A stretch of DNA of 64,000 nt. Origin: Balamuthia mandrillaris (taxonomy: Eukaryota). The DNA lies in NCBI GenBank assembly GCA_031835245.2, contig JAVKOQ020000067.1:62001-126000 (forward strand). Reading direction: 5' to 3'. Positions 58,398 through 64,000 of the stretch are shown piece after piece. The position numbers and the translations under genes are program-made. The notes beneath the pieces are model-generated. The model made no database searches, was not told where the DNA came from, and worked only from the letters and a program-made list of their open reading frames with translations. The number at the start of each line of letters is the position of its first letter. The stretch's first letter is position 1.

Positions 58398-61300
58398 TTC
58401 AGTAATAAAGTCAAGTTGAAGCAGAAAGAAACAAGTTAACGTACAGAAGCAACATTGATGAAAAATTCCCAACGACGAGCCCTTTCTTTGACTCGTAGAG
58501 GCTGAAGGATGAGATGAGCGATCCAAAGGCTGGTAAGGTTGAAGTTATCGATCATGCGGAGCACGTTTGGGCAGCGGTGCTGTTTCTCTTTTTTCATCCA
58601 CGCTTGTTCCAACAGCTCTGACGTCTTGATCTCTCTATAAACATTTGTTGAATTGTTCAGACAGAGAAAAGAAGAGAAAAATAAAACCTCTGGCAGAAGA
58701 GACGTACGAGTATAAGATGAACTCATTAATGGTGAGCTGTCTGGCTACCTCTTCCTCATCGCACTCCCACAAGTTTCTAGGAAACTGGGAGATAGATATC
58801 TCAGAGCCTCGTGTTATCTTGCTTTTTGACTTATCTTTGTTTCGTTTTTTGCCGATATTTCTGATGACCTACAATGGTATAGGAAATGGGTGTTAACAAG
58901 GAACGAGGGAGATCTATTGTCTACAAGGGGAGGAGAAGTTGTTGTTACGTTTGGTGGCGGCGGCTTCTCCTTGGCGGAGTACATGGCTTGGTTGTGTTCA
59001 TCCATTGGGTTCTTGTTTTGAAGATCCTGAAACTGTAATATAAAAACTGGTTAGCACATGAAGAAAAAAAAAAAAACAAACAATAACAAGAATAACAAAA
59101 GATAAGCAAGTGAAACCTTTTTGCAAATGAGATTGTTAAGAGTAGTCGCGCTGCTTTGATGTCCGTCTTTGATGAGACTCTGGTTGATAAACTCGAGCAA
59201 AGAGCGAAGCAAAGCCTGGTCGAAATGGTCAAAGTACTTTGTGATCCAGTGCTTCAAAACGTTGCACACGCGGAACTGGACCTTCTTGACGTGAGCAGCG
59301 GAATAGCCTTCCGGCACATTATACCGCTCGATCAGCTTAGAGAGAAGGCGTTCAGGATTTGTGAAGGATGGATAGGTCATCATTATAGCTTTCATGAAAC
59401 GGATATCTGTATCATTTTTTGTGGTTTGTTTTGTAAAAGTTAGCACAGAAGGGAGAGAGAAAGGCATACGAAAGATATGAAGAATGAGATTGAGAAAGAA
59501 AATCGAACCATGGGTATCAGCAGCGGTAAGGTAGCTGACAAGCTTGTTCAACGTGGCGGCCGTAATGCCGCTCGAGTCGTTCTCCTCCTCGTTGCCTTTT
59601 TCCTGACTCAAGATGACAGTTTGTGCCGAATCTTCCTCTTCCCAAATGTTTGTCTCCAAAGTGTCTCCAGAATAGCTTCCATCTTCTGTTCCTATATTGA
59701 GAGTGGCTGGCAACCATTTGATGTTTACTTTTTCCTCGCCTATAGTGATGAGTTCGACTTCTTTCGGCTCTCCTCTTTCCAAAGTTGAGGAAGGAGCAGA
59801 TGATGACAAAGCAGAAGCAGGAGATGGTGGAGATGATAATGAAGCAGAGGAGGAAGAAGGAGACAGTGAACCGGGTCCAACTTTAGATCCACCTTTGTTG
59901 AGATTGTCGTTAGCTTGAGGGCGTGAAGGAGAAGAGACAGCAGGAAGGGAAGACGAAGAAACAGCAGGAGAAGGAGATGATGAAGTGGAAGGCGGAGCGA
60001 GCTGTGACGCCTCTCCTGTCGATCCCGACATTTCTCTCAAATCCTTCAAAATGAGAGTGGTGTTTGTAGGCACTCCCTGTTGTCTCAACGAGCTCTTCCT
60101 CACAAGAGGCCCCGCAGGACTGTGCAACACAAAATGTTGGAGACGAGCGTCATCTCCACCACTGCCCATAGCGTTCACGGAGAGGACAGGCAGCAGGTTG
60201 AACTTGTAACAGGCCATTTCCACGATGGAGTGGACAGGAGAGGTGAAGTCCACGTTCATCTTGTGTTCTCTGCCGTTGATGTACACTACCACTGGCTCTA
60301 ACTTGCCTAATACTTCGAACTATATGGTTGTTGGATGCAAAAACTGATTAGAGAATGAACAACTAATGCTAAGAGAGAGAGAGAGAGAGAGCTTGGAGGA
60401 AAAGAGATAGAAGAGCGATAAACTAACTCTACTATTGTTGGTTCCATAGCTCCAAATACTCTTCTTAGGGTCCAAGGTATTGCCGCCACGAGTACAAAGT
60501 GTGTAGGCCGTGTAGTTGTCGCTTATATGAGGATTGTTGAAGAGGATAAGCTCGTAAAGGGCAGCCGCGGGGTCCTCCTCGGCAAATTTGTAGGTCTCAA
60601 AGACTTTGCCTCCGGTGGGAACGGGTAAAGCCACCGTTACCTCTCTGTACTTTGGTCTTATTTCGAGCACCGCCTTTATTTAAAAAAAATGTTAGCTCCA
60701 ACAACAAAAGTGCAGAGAAAAGAAAAGAAAAAAAAAACAACATACGTCGTTCTCAAGAGAATAAGAGGCAAGCGTGCTGTCCAAACGAAGCCAAACCCGC
60801 TTCGAGGGAACGTACAAAGCAACTTGATGACGGTCCTTCACGGGGAACAATTTGATGACCTTGCTGAGTACGTCTGACACGGAAATATCGAGAGGGAAGC
60901 TCATCTGCTTTGTCAACAGTTGTTCTTGCTGTTGTTGTTGGCCATCTTCTGTCCTGTTTTCGAGTTCTAACAGGTTGATGACTGTAACGCTCAGCGTCGG
61001 TGTTGTTGAAGCAGAGGGTGATGCTGCTTCTGGCAGTTGAGGTATTCGTTTGAACTCCAATTTGGACTGGTGTTGTTAAAGTTATTGCCGTCGTTTAAAG
61101 TGAGAACAAAACAAAAGATGATATGAGAGAGGAGGAGGAAGAAGGGAGAGACAACAAACATAGAGAGAGAAGCAGAAGAGAGAGAGTACAAAAAATGAAG
61201 AAAAAAAAAAACAAACCATGTTAACAAGAGAGTAATCGCTTAGCAAATGCTCTTCATTGAGCAGCTTTCCTGCGACGGTGAACAGCCCATACTCATCAAG

Positions 61301-63810
61301 GGGATGCTCCGCCCTGCCATGCACTTTGAACAACACGTTTTGGAGCAGCTCCCAAACGGTTGTCTCAGGGTCCACTCTGCAGGTGACCGTTCCTTGCGTC
61401 TCCATCACAACCACTTTGATCAGGATGGGAGCTTGCTCTGGTTTCATTACATCCAGTTCTTCCTGTTTGAGAAAGGGAGAGAGAGAGAGAGGGAGAGAGG
61501 GAGAGAGGGAGAGAGAGAGAGGGAGAGAGAGAGGAGAAAAAGAAGAGTGAGAAGGAGTAACAAATGAAGGAAAAAAAGGAGAAAAGAACGAGATAAGGGA
61601 GGGTGAAAGAGAGCCTGACCTCATCAGCAAGAATATAGTCCGAAATAGGGTTCGTTACATGCAACCACGAACCACTGTTCTTCTTCGTCTTGTTGTTGTG
61701 GCTGGAAGGAGAGCCGGTCCGCCGACAAAGACGCCACGGCACCCGTCGCACCTCCGGCGAGTCCGAAAACAAACGACGAATGGTTTGAGTGAGCACCTCC
61801 TCCACGGTGGAGGCCGGGGTGAACTTGAGCTTGATGCCAACATCTTTTTCAGGTGCATAGAGATTGAGGGTGAGCAAAGAAGGTTGTGGCTGTTGTTGAT
61901 CTTTGGGATAGACAGGTCTCAACGTGGAGGCGTCATTGTCGAGGAGGGAGGCTTGCTGTTTGTTGTTGTTTCGAGAGGAAGGAGAAGGAGGAGGGGAGGA
62001 GATAGGAGCCGTGGAAGACATATTTGTTACAGTCTTTTCTTCACCGCTTTGTCCTAGAGCGGAAGAGGAAGAGGGAGAAGCTTGAAGAGCAAGATAAGAA
62101 GCAAAAGAATGTTGCTCTTGAGGTGGTTGCTGTGGATGCTGTTGTTGGCTCCAACAAGGTTCTGTTTCTTGTTGTTGTTGTTGCTGCTGCTGTCGTAGTA
62201 GCAGTTGGTAATAAAACCTGGCTTCCTCTTCACCTTCACCGCGGTCGTTGCCTGCTTCTTCTCTCTTGGTCGAGGGATCACAGCTGAACCGAACGGTGCG
62301 AACGGAGGAGGAGGAGGAGGCGGTGGGGGAGGCGGGGAGAGAGCAGGAGGTGGCGCTGCCCTCAGCCGAGGAGGAATGGGGCGACCAGGTGTGCCAAGGG
62401 TTGCTGTTCTTGCGCTTGGGCACGGACCGTTGCTGTTGCTGAAAGGAGGAGGAGGAGGGGAGGGCTCCCCAACTGTTGCGAGAGGAGGAGGCGCCGCCTT
62501 CGGAGGGAGAAGAGGCCAAGGGGCTCTGTCCGCGTTGGTGACCGGCAGCGAGCGCGCCACCGAGTACTTGCTGTTGTGAGGAGAGTCGCTTCTTGAACAC
62601 GACCGCTGCCGCGTTACTTCTTTCTCCGTTGTTGTTGTGGTTACTAATGGTTATTTATATTATTTAAATGAAGTTATAATTAGTATATATCAATAATAAA
62701 CAGTTTTTAAGCGAGGGATAAGCGAAGCACAGCAAAGAGCCGAATGAGAGAGAGAGAGAAGAGAAAAGTTTAAAAGAACAAGGAGCGATCAATGTTTGCA
62801 AGAAGAACAAGAAGAACAAGAACAAGAAGTGGAAGAAAACAAACAGAGAAGGAAAAAAACAAACAGAGAAGAAAAAAGTACCTTAAAAACTCGCCAGAGT
62901 CTCTCCAACTCTCCTCGCCAAAGGCCTCCAAGGAAGACAAGGAGGATGAATATGAGGAGGAAGAGGAGAAGGAGGGTGAATAGGACTCGGAATCACTATT
63001 TACAAAGGAGTGTTCGTCATCGCTGTCCGTTTCTATCCCTCCTTCTTCCTCTCCTCCTCCTACGGAGGTCTCGCCAGGGGCCTTCTTGGTAAACCGTTTT
63101 CTACGAACGCCGCTCGAGAAAGAGATATGAGCATTGCGAAGTTGAAACGATGGACCGGCTTTGGGCTCACCGTCGTCGGAGGAAGACGGATAGGGAGCGG
63201 AATGATGTTGAGGAAGAGGTTGATGAGGGGCATGCTGAGGAGGAAGAGGAGGAAGCGGTTTTTTGGGTTGTGGGAACTGGCGTTGCCCTTGGAGCGGAGT
63301 CCGAACGCTTCCTTCGTTCCTATCGGGTCTGTTGTTGACAGGAGGAGGAGTGGGTCTGTTGTTGTTGTTGTTGTGGTTGTGGGTGGTGTTCGAATGGACC
63401 GCGTGGACAGGTTTTGCGGTAGGGGAAAGAGGAGTAGGACGAAGAGCAGCAAAGTAAGCAGAGGTTGGGGTGGGAGCAGAGGAAGAAAAAATTTGGTGGG
63501 TTGCGTCCAGAGAGGAGAAGGAAGGCGGGGAGGCGGGTGAACGGACAGGAAAGCCAGGAGAGGCCGGGCAGGACCTCTCCTCACCTTTGGGGCGAGAGAA
63601 GATGAAAGCGGCTCCGTGCTGAGCGGGGTTGGAGCTGCTGCTTGGAACGTCGTTGACGGAAAGGGCCGCTTCCACGGAACGGCGAAAGCCCACCGGGGAT
63701 TGAGGCAGGGAGACGGCGCCCGAGGAATGGGAGTGCAAGAAGGGGATTCTTCGGAGGGCGTTGGTCTTCTTTTCCTTCCTGGGGAGCTGAGGAGAGCCGT
63801 AAGGGTTCAT
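57805..63810 (-). CDS. RasGEF (REM + CDC25) with several N-terminal ubiquitin-like domains
   Basis: REM: AATLNKLVSYLT...MMTYPSF...RVCNVLKHWITKYF. CDC25: VARQLT, LNNFNLLMSFISG, PPCIPY, LSDLVFIEEGNPD, INWDKR. Ubl-like units such as FTPASTVEEVL, FPLDISVSDVL and VDPETTVWELL. Joining the Pro/Ser-rich exon 63810-62883 is plausible (phase 2) but less certain. Confidence 0.85.
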
Positions 63811-64000
63811 CTGGGGGAGAGGAGAGCAGTTCCTATCCTTCTCCAAAGGAAGGCAAGGAAAGCAAGATGTAAAAAAGAGGAGGCCTGCAGCACAGATCGG
63901 TCTCAACGGCTCTGAGGCTGTTCGCTCTGAATCGATTGCAACAGCACCTAAACCAAGGAAGGACGGTTTGCCTGTGGCTGAGGCTTTTTTTTCTGGGATT

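Overview
Gene-dense, intron-rich eukaryotic nuclear DNA with GT-AG introns full of simple repeats. The gene content (Frizzled/Smoothened-like GPCRs, 'WARENGCPWD' ankyrin proteins, multi-domain Ras/Rho regulators) suggests a free-living amoebozoan; this is inference, not an identification. I can support about 21 spliced protein-coding genes. The well-conserved ones are COPB1, JMJD4, ASPDH, PCID2, PEN-2, an S9 peptidase, an HhH-GPD glycosylase, an SNF2 helicase, a STE20 kinase and a RasGEF. Unusual fusions include RasGAP-RhoGAP-3xLIM, SH3-JmjC and FYVE-GTPase-DUF697-like. Outside the genes there is a 3' tRNA fragment at the left edge and a ~1.3 kb island (8.1-9.5 kb) of scrambled Ty1/copia fragments plus an ankyrin-repeat pseudogene missing from the ORF track. 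A quasi-palindromic promoter motif (TCATGACGACATGA, 22 bp identical at two loci) recurs upstream of several genes, and a strong hairpin sits in one divergent promoter. One of the two paralogous Frizzled-like GPCRs carries a frameshift. Exon boundaries were worked out by eye, and domain calls rest on motif recognition rather than database searches.
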